DNA of 64,000 bases from NCBI GenBank assembly GCA_038252065.1, contig JBBSAQ010000015.1:10444-74443 (forward strand), given 5' to 3'. This document shows, piece after piece, positions 46,178-56,168 of this stretch. The notes under the pieces are model-generated. The model was not told where the DNA came from and did not search any database. It worked only from the letters and a program-made list of their open reading frames with translations. A program made the translations under genes and the position numbers. Source of the DNA: Chitinophagales bacterium (GTDB lineage: Bacteria > Bacteroidota > Bacteroidia > Chitinophagales > Saprospiraceae). Each line of letters begins with the position of its first letter. Position 1 is the stretch's first letter.

Positions 46178-48307
46178 TTAATGTTCGTCATGTGCATGAG
46201 CCTGATATTCCGTCACGAGTTTTGTCTGAATTTCAGCAGGCACCTGTTGATAATCGGCAATCTTCATTGAAAACTTTGCTTTGCCTTGTGTAAGGGAGCG
46301 AAGAGTTGACGAATAATCATGTAGTTCTGCCAGAGGGACACGGGCTAATATTTTCTGATAATGTCCTTCGCTTTCCATCCCCATGATGATGGCTCTGCGG
46401 GTCTGCAGATCACCCATCACATCGCCCATAAATTCACTGCCACAAAGTATGGATACGTCATAAATAGGTTCAAGTAATTGCGGCCCTGCATGTTGAAATG
46501 CATTTTTAAAGGCCATCGTACCTGCCAATTGGAAAGCCATATCATTTGAATCAACAGGGTGCATCTTCCCGTCATAAATGGAGATCCTGATATCTCTGCA
46601 ATGTGATCCTGTCAGTGGCCCTTCTGTCATTTTATTCATCACCCCTTTTTTGATAGCACTGCTGAATTTCGAATCGATCGAACCCCCTACGATGCACCAA
46701 TAGAAGGCTAAAGTCCCTCCCCAGGGAAGAATTTCATATTCACGGTTTCGTACGGTCAGCCCATCCGGATCTTTCATCCCTTCCTGATAGGGTTCGAGAC
46801 GAATATGGACTTCAGCAAATTGTCCTGAACCACCGGTTTGTTTCTTGTGTCGGTAACTTTCATTCGCAATTTTTGTGATCGTTTCCCGATAAGGAATCCT
46901 GGGATTTTCAAAAGCCATCGTGACACCATATACTTTTTCGATACGGTATTTGATCAGATCAAGATGAAGCTGACCCTGACCATACAGAAGTGTTTGTCGG
47001 AGTTCAGGTGATTGCTCGATGATCAGCGTAGGATCTTCTTCATGTGTAACATGCAGAGCTTTAGCCAATTTATCTATATCAGTTTTATTGGGTGGTGACA
47101 CTGCGACTCTGATGCGTGGTTCCGGAAAATGAATGGGTTCAACGCCTGATTCTACACCTTTTGTGACGAGGGTATTGTTTGTATGTGTTTCTTTAAGTTT
47201 AACGGTTACACCCAGATCGCCTGCTTTCAAATCGCTGACAGCTTCGCGTGTCTTGCCATTCGCTACATAGATCTGATTGATTCGCTCATGATTGCTGCTG
47301 GCCAGATTGATCAGGTCATCACCGGTCTTTAATGTGCCGGAAAATACTTTGAAATAGGATACATTTCCAACCTGCGGTTCAGATATCGTTTTATAAATAA
47401 ATACTCTTGTAGGCCCTGTTGAATCTGCGGCGATGGGTTCTCCGCTCGTGCTCAAAGGATTGGGTCTTTCAAGTGGAGAAGGTGCTATATCATTGAGGAA
47501 TCCCATGATCCGACCGCTACCCATATTGAGTTTGCCGGAGGCACAGAACACAGGATAAATTTGTTGGTTCGCCAGAGCAATCGTAAGTCCTTTAGCCAGT
47601 TCATGTTCATTGAGACTACCTTCATCAAAGAATTTTTCCATCAGGCTCTCATCATTTTCCGCTGCTGATTCTACCAAGGCCTGGTGCAATTGTGTTGCTC
47701 GTCCTATCTCTGATTCCGGAATTGGTTTTTTCTCCGGCTTGCCTCCATCTTTTGGAAATACATACATGATCATACGTAGGGCATCGATGATGGTATTAAA
47801 TCCGGTGCCCGGATTAAGCGGATATTGTACGGCCATCACTTTGGGGCCAAAATTATTTTTTAATTGCTCCAGACTTGTATCATAATTTGCTTTTTCATGA
47901 TCAAGTTGATTGATGACAAATAAGCCTGGTGTTTTATAATTTTCGACATATTCCCACAACAATTCTGTACCCACTTCGACACCACTTGTGGAATTGACAA
48001 TCATCACTGCCGTATCGGCTACTTTCAATGACGAAATAACTTCACCTACGAAATCATCATAACCGGGGGTATCTATAATGTTGATTTTATTGTCACGCCA
48101 GTTGACATGCATCAATGCGCTAAACAGGGAGTTGCCTCTTTCCTGTTCCAGCTTCGTATAATCGGATGCAGTGTTTTGGCCTTCAATGGTACCTCTTCTT
48201 GTCAAGGCTCCGGATTCAAACAACATCGTTTCAGCAAACAGTGTTTTACCGGAGCCGCTATGGCCGAGCAAAACAACATTCCTCAGGTTTTTCGTTTCGA
48301 CACCCAT
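46178..48307 (-). CDS. Elongation factor G paralog (EF-G2-like translational GTPase)
   Basis: 709 aa. G1 motif GHSGSGKT, G3 motif DTPGYDDF, and an EF-G domain II-V layout. It stands alone, outside an rpsL-rpsG-fusA context. Confidence 0.85.
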   Translation of the reverse strand: MGVETKNLRNVVLLGHSGSGKTLFAETMLFESGALTRRGTIEGQNTASDYTKLEQERGNSLFSALMHVNWRDNKINIIDTPGYDDFVGEVISSLKVADTAVMIVNSTSGVEVGTELLWEYVENYKTPGLFVINQLDHEKANYDTSLEQLKNNFGPKVMAVQYPLNPGTGFNTIIDALRMIMYVFPKDGGKPEKKPIPESEIGRATQLHQALVESAAENDESLMEKFFDEGSLNEHELAKGLTIALANQQIYPVFCASGKLNMGSGRIMGFLNDIAPSPLERPNPLSTSGEPIAADSTGPTRVFIYKTISEPQVGNVSYFKVFSGTLKTGDDLINLASSNHERINQIYVANGKTREAVSDLKAGDLGVTVKLKETHTNNTLVTKGVESGVEPIHFPEPRIRVAVSPPNKTDIDKLAKALHVTHEEDPTLIIEQSPELRQTLLYGQGQLHLDLIKYRIEKVYGVTMAFENPRIPYRETITKIANESYRHKKQTGGSGQFAEVHIRLEPYQEGMKDPDGLTVRNREYEILPWGGTLAFYWCIVGGSIDSKFSSAIKKGVMNKMTEGPLTGSHCRDIRISIYDGKMHPVDSNDMAFQLAGTMAFKNAFQHAGPQLLEPIYDVSILCGSEFMGDVMGDLQTRRAIIMGMESEGHYQKILARVPLAELHDYSSTLRSLTQGKAKFSMKIADYQQVPAEIQTKLVTEYQAHAHDEH

Positions 48308-48556
48308 TAGATTCTTATGGTTTAGTTGAATAAAAGTAAAACTGTCTACGATCGCAAATACAGAAGATCATTCAGATATTTCGTCCTTGGATCGGGCAAT
48401 CAAAATAGGATTTAGATTTTACTTAACGAAACTTAATCCTCAGAGGGATTTTGGCAACACATCAATTGCAAGGCGATACTAATACGTAAAGACCAGATTA
48501 TGAGTAGCATAATCACTTTTCCCAGATAAAAAATAGTTTAATAATGGGATAGATGT

Positions 48557-48584
48557 AAAATTGAAAATTGAAAATCGAAAATTG
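48557..48584. repeat. AAAATTG AAAATTG AAAATCG AAAATTG heptamer repeat abutting a stop codon
   Basis: Read directly. It ends 2 nt from the response-regulator stop at 48587-48589. Same unit family and same orientation relative to the gene as the array after frr. Confidence 0.85.
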
Positions 48585-48586
48585 AA

Positions 48587-49282
48587 TCACTCTTCTACCT
48601 CAAGTTTATACCCAACGCCCTTAAGCGTTTTAATAAACCTTTCACCTACTTTCTCACGCAGCTTTGAAATATGCACATCAATCGTGCGACTTGCTATCGG
48701 AACAGTATATCCCCAGACTTTGTGAAACATCTCTTCTCTCGTAAATACTTTGCCGGGCTTTGAAGCGAGTAGCATGATCACTTCAAATTCTTTTTTTGCG
48801 AGTGTGATCACTTTACCTTCAATAATGACGTGATAACTTTGGGGATCAATTTTTAAAGCACCGAAATCCAATATATTTCCGGGCGGAGGCATGCTGCGTG
48901 CAGATTCTTTTCTTCGCATCAGTGCTTTTATCCTCGATAGGAGCAATCGTGGGCGTATAGGTTTTTGAATATAATCATCTGCTCCGGCTTCAAGGCCCGC
49001 TATCTCACTGAACTCTTCACTACGCGCTGTAAGAAATGCGATGAGGCAATCTTTTAGTTTATCGATCTTGCGAAGCTCATAGCATGTCTGTACACCATCC
49101 ATACCCGGCATCATGATATCAAGGAGGATCAGATCAGGTACTTCTTTATCGGCGATTTTGATTGCATCCAGACCATTGGAAGCCTGGATGGTTTCAAATC
49201 CGTTCCGGCTGAGATTATACTCCAGGAATTCGAGGATATCCGGCTCATCATCGACGATAAGCACCTTGATTTTGTTTTCCAT
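48587..49282 (-). CDS. OmpR/PhoB-family response regulator (no cognate kinase in the window)
   Basis: Receiver domain KVLIVDDEPDILEFL...DLILLDIMMPGMDG. The winged-helix output domain is FTREEMFHKVWGYTVPIASRTIDVHISKLREKV...TLKGVGYKL. The start was set to the ATG at 49282 (MENKIKVLIVDD). Confidence 0.9.
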   Translation of the reverse strand: MENKIKVLIVDDEPDILEFLEYNLSRNGFETIQASNGLDAIKIADKEVPDLILLDIMMPGMDGVQTCYELRKIDKLKDCLIAFLTARSEEFSEIAGLEAGADDYIQKPIRPRLLLSRIKALMRRKESARSMPPPGNILDFGALKIDPQSYHVIIEGKVITLAKKEFEVIMLLASKPGKVFTREEMFHKVWGYTVPIASRTIDVHISKLREKVGERFIKTLKGVGYKLEVEE

Positions 49283-49712
49283 AATATCCAATATTTGAGA
49301 AGCAGGGGAAGAATAGGTAAGGAGTTCAGGATTATCCATGGACAAATATTAGAAAATTCCCTCAGGTATTGACTTTTATGATCCGATGCAGGTTATTGCC
49401 CGCCCTTCAAATTTACAGTCTTTACAGCCATTGTTAACCCCATGTAAATTTAAATCAAGGTTTAAAATCAAGTTCCCGCATTACCCCAAAATACTGTAAA
49501 CTCTTCGTAAAAAAAGCTAATAAATCAACCTGTCGAATTAACAAAATCTTGAATAGGAAAATGCAATTGCCTGCTATGAACGGAGGTAATTTTGCATTGT
49601 CAAAAATGGATTTATGCAAAATCACAATTTCTCGCTAAACCCCATTGAAGGTTAAAAGATTATATGTGATCATCCTTTTTTGATTGAATTTATTTCGAGT
49701 TCAACCAAGCAA

Positions 49713-52529
49713 ATGAAAAAAACGCAAAACATCTTCATGCAGACAAGTACAAAGCTCATACTTGTCTCCTTTCTTTTACTTTTCAGTTCCCTTCTTTTTG
49801 CCCAGAAAAATGCAATCATCTCAGGGAAAATTATTGAGAAGATCACCGGTGAAACTGTAATCGGTGCCACAGTCAGCATTCAGCATTCAAGTATTGGCAC
49901 ACAAACTGACATTGAAGGGAATTTTAAACTCACAGTGCCTCCGGGAAATTATACACTTGATATTCGGTATGTAGGATACGACCCGGGAGTTGTGCAGGTG
50001 GAAGCAAAATCCAATCAGGTGTCCACTGTCGAATTTGCTTTAGAGCAAGGAAAAGAAACTTCACTAAAAGAAGTGGTCGTCACGGCCACAGCTTCAAAGA
50101 CAAGTGATGTGGTGATGTACATTGAAGTCAAGAAATCACCTTACATCGCAAGTGGGATTACAAGTTCTGAAATTCGTAAGACGCCAGACAGAACAGTTGG
50201 GGATATCCTTAAACGTGTGACAGGTGCTTCTATTCAGGAAGGCAAATTTGTGATCATCCGTGGGATGAATGACCGGTACAATGCAGGCTATCTTGACGGA
50301 GCTTTACTTTCATCAACAGAATCAGATCGCAAAGCCTTTGCATTTGATTTTATTCCTGCCAATCTGATCGACAATCTCTCCATCATCAAAGCTGGTTCGC
50401 CTGATCTGATTGGTGATTTCGGCGGAGGTGTGATCCTGATCAATTCAAAATCAGTACCGGATCGATTATCACAAAGCATTTCGATCGGTGCTCAATTTCA
50501 TTCGCTGACGACATTCAAACCATTTGAACAATCCAAATCATATCCTTCCGAAGAACTCAATTTTATAAGCAAAGAAAGAGCTATCCCAACTTTTGAAGAG
50601 AATACTTTAAAACTCTCTACTTCTTTTCCAACTGCAGCTGATAAAATCCGATTGGGCGAGATCTCTAAAAAATTCAACAATGACTGGTCAAGGTCTACAG
50701 TGACTGCAGTACCAAACGCAAGATTTGCTTACTCACTTGGTTTCCCAATCCAGTTAAGTGGACAAAATAAAATGGGTGTCATCTTCGCGTTGAATTATGC
50801 GAATACAAGACGTCTCTCTGAAAATGGAATCAATACCTTCGATGGTGCCGGCCAGGTATCCGGTTTCAAAGACAATGCATTCCTTCGCAATATCAATACC
50901 GGTGGCATCTTCAACATCAATTTCATCGGACGAAGTACACAAATCAATTTCCGCAACCTGGTGAACATCAATTCAGATCAAAACACAATATCCAGAACAG
51001 GAACCGGAAATTTTGGTGATGCACTTACTGTCCAGAATACAGCAAATCTGTATAATTATAACCGCCTTTACAACGGGATATTCTCGATGAAACAATTGAT
51101 AGGAGATAGTATACTCACGATAAGCGCTTCTGCAAGTTATTCCAATGTCCATCGCGAAGTTCCGGACTACAGGATTGTCAGCTATACGAAGACACCTGAT
51201 TTTGAAAATTATCAACTTGCATTGGGTGATTTCTTTAATAGCAGCACCGGACGCTTCGAGTCCAAACTTGACGAAGATATCTATGGCGGTAATATAGACC
51301 TGAGTAAAAAATTCAAAACCCGCACGCTTCGTACGGAAATCAAAACAGGATATTTTTATCAGGACCGAAGCAGGGCTTTTTCTGCAAGAAGTTTTGTGTA
51401 TAGCGGAGCACCTGATGAGTTGACTCTGGATCCGGCGAAAGATCTTGGCAGCAGCAACATCGATCCCACCAGACTTTTTCTTGTGGAAAAATCCTCTGAT
51501 GATCTTTCATTCTATGATGGAAAATCAATCATGAATGCCGCTTACCTGATGGCTGATCAGAATTATCGCAATATATTCAGAGTGGTGTATGGCGTGAGAT
51601 ATGAAAACATTGATCTCAGAGTGGATAACCATAAAATCAATATGAATATCGCCGATATTAAACAGACGGCTATTCTTCCATCTGTCAATTTCACGTATTA
51701 TTTAACCCCAAAAACTAATGTACGTGGCAGTTTTTTCTCTTCGGTCAATCGACCTGAATTCCGTGAGCTGGCTCCTTTTTCATTTTTTGTATTCGAAAAA
51801 AATGCTGAAATCAAAGGGAATTCCTCTCTTAAGATTGCCGAGTTGCAGAATTTTGATTTCCGGTATGAATTCTATCCTTCTGGTGGACAAATGATTTCTA
51901 TCGGGGGCTTTTACAAATCAATCGATCACCCGATCGAATTAAGTCTTGATGTCACTCAACCATTTACCACCTTCACCTTCACCAATGAAAAGTCCGCCAA
52001 GATCTATGGTGTTGAATTCGAATTAAAAAAGAAGCTAGATTTTATCCGCGTCTTAAACATGTTCCAGGATATGGCCGTGTATACCAATATTTCACTTATC
52101 AAATCTAAGCTGGAATTCAATCCGGGATCGCAGGCCAAAGCTGACCGACCCTTGCAGGGACAATCTCCCTACATCATCAATGCAAGATTGCAATATGAAA
52201 ACCCGGATAACGGATGGTCATGGAACTTTTCGTTTAACAGAGTAGGACGGCGAATAGCCTTTGTCGGTGTAGATCCCAAATTTGGAGATACACGGCAGGA
52301 TATCTATGAAGCACCCCGTAGTGTTTTGGATTTTCAGATTGGAAAAACAATTAAAAATATCAACATCAAACTCACTATAGGAGATATACTCCATAACAAT
52401 CTGGTCTTTTACCAGGATGCTGACCACGACGGAAAATATACTTCTGTTGCAGATCATGGCAAAGACCGATTGATGTACATTTTCAAGAATGGATACTCGA
52501 CCAGCCTAGCATTTAACTACACTTTTTGA
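49713..52529 (+). CDS. TonB-dependent outer-membrane receptor (non-SusC type) with an N-terminal carboxypeptidase-regulatory-like domain
   Basis: Signal peptide. The CarboxypepD_reg domain reads ISGKIIEKITGETVIGATVSIQHSSIGTQTDIEGNFKL. The plug reads VGDILKRVTGASIQEGKFVIIRGMNDRYNAGYLDGALL. A long beta-barrel ends ...STSLAFNYTF. Start at the ATG at 49713. Confidence 0.88.
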   Translation: MKKTQNIFMQTSTKLILVSFLLLFSSLLFAQKNAIISGKIIEKITGETVIGATVSIQHSSIGTQTDIEGNFKLTVPPGNYTLDIRYVGYDPGVVQVEAKSNQVSTVEFALEQGKETSLKEVVVTATASKTSDVVMYIEVKKSPYIASGITSSEIRKTPDRTVGDILKRVTGASIQEGKFVIIRGMNDRYNAGYLDGALLSSTESDRKAFAFDFIPANLIDNLSIIKAGSPDLIGDFGGGVILINSKSVPDRLSQSISIGAQFHSLTTFKPFEQSKSYPSEELNFISKERAIPTFEENTLKLSTSFPTAADKIRLGEISKKFNNDWSRSTVTAVPNARFAYSLGFPIQLSGQNKMGVIFALNYANTRRLSENGINTFDGAGQVSGFKDNAFLRNINTGGIFNINFIGRSTQINFRNLVNINSDQNTISRTGTGNFGDALTVQNTANLYNYNRLYNGIFSMKQLIGDSILTISASASYSNVHREVPDYRIVSYTKTPDFENYQLALGDFFNSSTGRFESKLDEDIYGGNIDLSKKFKTRTLRTEIKTGYFYQDRSRAFSARSFVYSGAPDELTLDPAKDLGSSNIDPTRLFLVEKSSDDLSFYDGKSIMNAAYLMADQNYRNIFRVVYGVRYENIDLRVDNHKINMNIADIKQTAILPSVNFTYYLTPKTNVRGSFFSSVNRPEFRELAPFSFFVFEKNAEIKGNSSLKIAELQNFDFRYEFYPSGGQMISIGGFYKSIDHPIELSLDVTQPFTTFTFTNEKSAKIYGVEFELKKKLDFIRVLNMFQDMAVYTNISLIKSKLEFNPGSQAKADRPLQGQSPYIINARLQYENPDNGWSWNFSFNRVGRRIAFVGVDPKFGDTRQDIYEAPRSVLDFQIGKTIKNINIKLTIGDILHNNLVFYQDADHDGKYTSVADHGKDRLMYIFKNGYSTSLAFNYTF

Positions 52530-52645
52530 TGATTACACGCGGGAAAGGAGCCGGAGGCCTGCCATGAATTGAAATTCTGAATGACAACAAACTGAATGAA
52601 TGATCAAACCATAAACCCAATTACTTAAATCAAAAAACTTTTTCT

Positions 52646-55600
52646 ATGAAAAAATATTTATTTACCCTTATTACATTATCCATCGTCCTGAACACGCAAT
52701 CTCTATTTGCTCAGGCTGATTTTAAATTACAGACACCCTCTTATGTAGGTGCACTTTCATGGGATCCTGCCTTGGACTGGACTACCGGCTGGACAAATTT
52801 TGATCCTATCAACGCAGCCTATCCGGATCCAACTGATCTGTCTACACTGGATGGAATGAATGCAGCTCTTCCGGTCAGAGGAGAAAAAGAACTGACTTCA
52901 GGAAACACATTGACACTGGATGCATCAAAAGTATATTTGCTACAAGGATTTTTTGTAGTCAGGAGTGGTGCGAAACTTGTGATTCCTGCAGGAACCATCA
53001 TCCGTGCAGCTGCTGACCTGAGTTCATCTCCGAAAAATTATGCATCCATCATTGTTGAACGTGGTGGAAAGATTGAGATCAATGGAACATCAGCCAAGCC
53101 GGTTGTTTTTACATCCGCTAAACCCGCAGGTCAACGCCAGCGTGGTGATTGGGGAGGTCTTCTGATCGCAGGTAAATCACTCCACAACTTGTTGAATGGA
53201 ACAGACAATAACAACGTACAGATGGAAGGATTCAACAACGTCACCTTTGATGCCAACCTGGCTCATTTCGGCGGAACAGATATCAATGACAATTCGGGTT
53301 CTATTACGTATTTGCGTCTCGAATTTGGTGGTGTCGCTTTTGAAACCAATAAGGAAATTAACGGACTGACCCTAGGTGCTGTAGGTGCAGGGACAATTTT
53401 GAATCACGTGCAGGTATCTTATTCCGGAGATGATTCGTACGAATGGTTTGGTGGAACAGTCAATTCAAGCCACTTGATTGCATGGAAAGGAACAGACGAT
53501 GATTTTGATACCGACAACGGATATGGAGGACTTAGTCAATTTGGTATTGGGGTTCGTGATTCTTCTTTGTATGACCTTAGTTATAACATCCCTTCAGGCA
53601 GTTCCACTTCTGAAGGATTTGAAAGTGATAATGAAGCAACAGGTACTGCTAATGTACGGCCATACACAAATGGTGTATTTTCAAATTATACAATGGTTGG
53701 TCCTGTTCCCGAAGGTTCTTCATATTCTAATATGAATTCTGTTTCAAAAGCAGCCTTTCGTCGTGGAGCCCGTATCCGCAGGAATTCAAGTCTGCGTATC
53801 GTCAATACGATCTTCATGGGATACCGTAATTTCCTGATGATCGATGGGGACAGCACATTGAGAAATACAAATTATCCTGATGCACTCGCTTTAGTGACGC
53901 CAAGTACACCGGTTGATCTCAAATCCAAGGAGGTTTCTTTTGCAAATAACATTATCGTCAATACGTCCGCAGCATTCCATAGCACTACAGATACTACAGC
54001 AAATGGTTTAGTTGAAGTAGCGCGTGGAACAGGTTCTGCAGAAAAACTGCAAGCTGTTAATGATTGGGTCAGAGAGCCTGGCCCATTGGCAAACAACATA
54101 GATCCGGTAAGTTTTACCAAGAGATCTTTATTGATCAATCCGGTTTCTGCTTCAACCTCTCCTAATTTCAGGCCAGTTGTCAGTTCACCCGCTGTTGCCG
54201 GTGCTGTATTTAATGGTAATCCAACTCTTTCAAATTTCTCTTTAGAGAATACAACCTATGTCGGTGCTTTATCCCCCGATCCAGCCGCTGACTGGACAAC
54301 CGGATGGACAGAATTTGATCCTATCAATGCGATATATCCTGATCCAACAGATGTCAATACCCTGAATGGTATGGATGCATCATTGCCGGTACAAGGTGAA
54401 AAAGATATTGCTACTGGAAATACATTAACCCTTGATGCTGCACAAGTGTATTTGCTCAAAGGATTTATCGTTGTGAGAAATGGAGCCACGTTAAATATTC
54501 CGGCAGGTACGATCATCCGTGCAGCCTCCGATTTGAGCTCATCACCTAAAAACTATGCTTCAATTATTGTTGAACGTGGCGGTACCATCCATGTGAATGG
54601 AACACTTGAAAAACCTGTCATCTTCACCTCATCCAAACCTGCAGGACAACGCAATCGTGGAGATTGGGGAGGCCTGTTGATAGCCGGAAAATCTTCACAT
54701 AACCTGCTCAACGGGACAGACAATGATAATGTACAAATGGAAGGTTTTAACAACGTAACATTTGATGCTGACCTTGCCCGTTTCGGCGGAACAGATCTGA
54801 ATGACAATTCAGGTTCTGTGAATTATCTGCGTATTGAATTCGGCGGTGTTGCTTTTGAAACCAACAAAGAAATCAATGGTATGACATTGGGTGCTGTTGG
54901 TGCTGGTACAGAAATCGATCATGTACAGGTATCTTATTCCGGTGACGATTCATATGAATGGTTCGGTGGAACAGTCAATTCAAAACATCTCATTGCCTGG
55001 AAAGGAACGGATGATGATTTTGATACGGATAATGGTTATGGTGGGGTAGCCCAGTTCGGTATTGGTGTTCGTGACTCTGCATTCTATGATCTGACATACG
55101 GTCTTCCATCAGGTGGATCTACTTCAGAAGGATTTGAAAGTGATAATGAAGCTACGGGGACAGCAAACGTATCGCCAAAAACAAATGGTGTATTCTCAAA
55201 CTTTACCATGGTCGGTCCTGTACCTGTGGGTTCTTCTTACTCAGCAATGAATTCTACTACCAAAGCAGCATTCAGAAGAGGAGCACGCATCAGAAGAAAT
55301 TCAAGCTTACGTATTGTCAACAGTATTTTCATGGGGTATAGAAACTTCCTGATGATCGATGGAGACAGTACATTACGCAATACCAATTTTGCAGAAGCGC
55401 TTTCTTTAGTGAGTCCTTCTACGCCTGTTGATATCACTAAGAAGCAGGTTTCTTTTGCAAATAATATCATCGTCAATACAGCAAATGCGTTTAACAATGC
55501 AGCAGATACGACGGCCAATGGACTTGTGGAAGTGGCACGCGGTACAAATTCCATTTCAAAGCTTAATGCTGTGAATGATTGGGTTAGGGCTGGTGGAATT

Positions 55601-55990
55601 CTGCACAATAACATTGATCCCGTTCCTTTTACGGATGGAACATTATTGATCAATCCGGTAGCTGCATCCAAGTCACCAAATTTTAGACCAGTAGTATCCT
55701 CACCTGCTATATCGGGTTCAAATTTCGTGGACAATCCGGTGCTTATGAATTTGATTCTCCTGGGGAATAAAGAAATCGAACAGGCGAAAGTCGATCCTGT
55801 ATATCCGAATCCGATCATGAATGGAGATCTCCACTTCGGTCATGAAGTGGTGTCTTATGGAATATTTGATGTCAATGGAAAATTAGTAGGTCATGGTTTC
55901 AATTCGGATCATGCGGAGATCACAGGTATGCCTTCAGGTATGTATTTCATCAAGATGGAAGGTCACATGCAGAAGTTTGTTATTCAATAA
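52646..55990 (+). CDS. Uncharacterised secreted protein made of two tandem ~505-aa homologous modules plus a T9SS C-terminal sorting domain
   Basis: 1114 aa with a signal peptide. Module 1 (about nt 52742-54255) and module 2 (about nt 54256-55770) align collinearly. Shared blocks include YVGALS.DPA.DWTTGWT.FDPINA.YPDPTD, RGDWGGLLIAGKS, VQMEGFNNVTFDA, EFGGVAFETNKEING.TLGAVGAGT, VQVSYSGDDSYEWFGGTVNS.HLIAWKGTDDDFDTDNGYGG and SEGFESDNEATGTANV. The tail PVYPNPIMNGDLHF...GMYFIKMEGHMQKFVIQ resembles Por_Secre_tail. Confidence 0.8.
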   Translation: MKKYLFTLITLSIVLNTQSLFAQADFKLQTPSYVGALSWDPALDWTTGWTNFDPINAAYPDPTDLSTLDGMNAALPVRGEKELTSGNTLTLDASKVYLLQGFFVVRSGAKLVIPAGTIIRAAADLSSSPKNYASIIVERGGKIEINGTSAKPVVFTSAKPAGQRQRGDWGGLLIAGKSLHNLLNGTDNNNVQMEGFNNVTFDANLAHFGGTDINDNSGSITYLRLEFGGVAFETNKEINGLTLGAVGAGTILNHVQVSYSGDDSYEWFGGTVNSSHLIAWKGTDDDFDTDNGYGGLSQFGIGVRDSSLYDLSYNIPSGSSTSEGFESDNEATGTANVRPYTNGVFSNYTMVGPVPEGSSYSNMNSVSKAAFRRGARIRRNSSLRIVNTIFMGYRNFLMIDGDSTLRNTNYPDALALVTPSTPVDLKSKEVSFANNIIVNTSAAFHSTTDTTANGLVEVARGTGSAEKLQAVNDWVREPGPLANNIDPVSFTKRSLLINPVSASTSPNFRPVVSSPAVAGAVFNGNPTLSNFSLENTTYVGALSPDPAADWTTGWTEFDPINAIYPDPTDVNTLNGMDASLPVQGEKDIATGNTLTLDAAQVYLLKGFIVVRNGATLNIPAGTIIRAASDLSSSPKNYASIIVERGGTIHVNGTLEKPVIFTSSKPAGQRNRGDWGGLLIAGKSSHNLLNGTDNDNVQMEGFNNVTFDADLARFGGTDLNDNSGSVNYLRIEFGGVAFETNKEINGMTLGAVGAGTEIDHVQVSYSGDDSYEWFGGTVNSKHLIAWKGTDDDFDTDNGYGGVAQFGIGVRDSAFYDLTYGLPSGGSTSEGFESDNEATGTANVSPKTNGVFSNFTMVGPVPVGSSYSAMNSTTKAAFRRGARIRRNSSLRIVNSIFMGYRNFLMIDGDSTLRNTNFAEALSLVSPSTPVDITKKQVSFANNIIVNTANAFNNAADTTANGLVEVARGTNSISKLNAVNDWVRAGGILHNNIDPVPFTDGTLLINPVAASKSPNFRPVVSSPAISGSNFVDNPVLMNLILLGNKEIEQAKVDPVYPNPIMNGDLHFGHEVVSYGIFDVNGKLVGHGFNSDHAEITGMPSGMYFIKMEGHMQKFVIQ

Positions 55991-56059
55991 ATAAATGGAT
56001 GAAGGAGTTGGTTCCTTCACCTACGAAAGATTTTTTGCGTAAATATTTTCATTAAGCTT

Positions 56060-56093
56060 AAGCCATCCTGATTTGCCAGGATGGCTTTTTTTT
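56060..56093 (+). terminator. Rho-independent terminator after the duplicated T9SS gene
   Basis: AAGCCATCCTG-ATTTGC-CAGGATGGCTT is a perfect 11-bp stem, followed by T8. Confidence 0.85.
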
Positions 56094-56168
56094 GTTAAAA
56101 GAATCTCAATAGAGGAATTTAAACGACAATAGTCGCATTTTTGGAGCGTTAAAGTTGTTATTCAGCCT

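Noticed and set aside
55237-55818. 193-aa ORF antisense within the duplicated T9SS gene, plus shorter antisense ORFs at 52819-53001, 53872-54138, 54256-54516 and 54553-54807
   Set aside because: They lie inside a strongly supported 1114-aa sense ORF. The antisense ORFs recur at equivalent positions of both modules, as expected for a by-product of the duplicated sequence. No motifs were seen.
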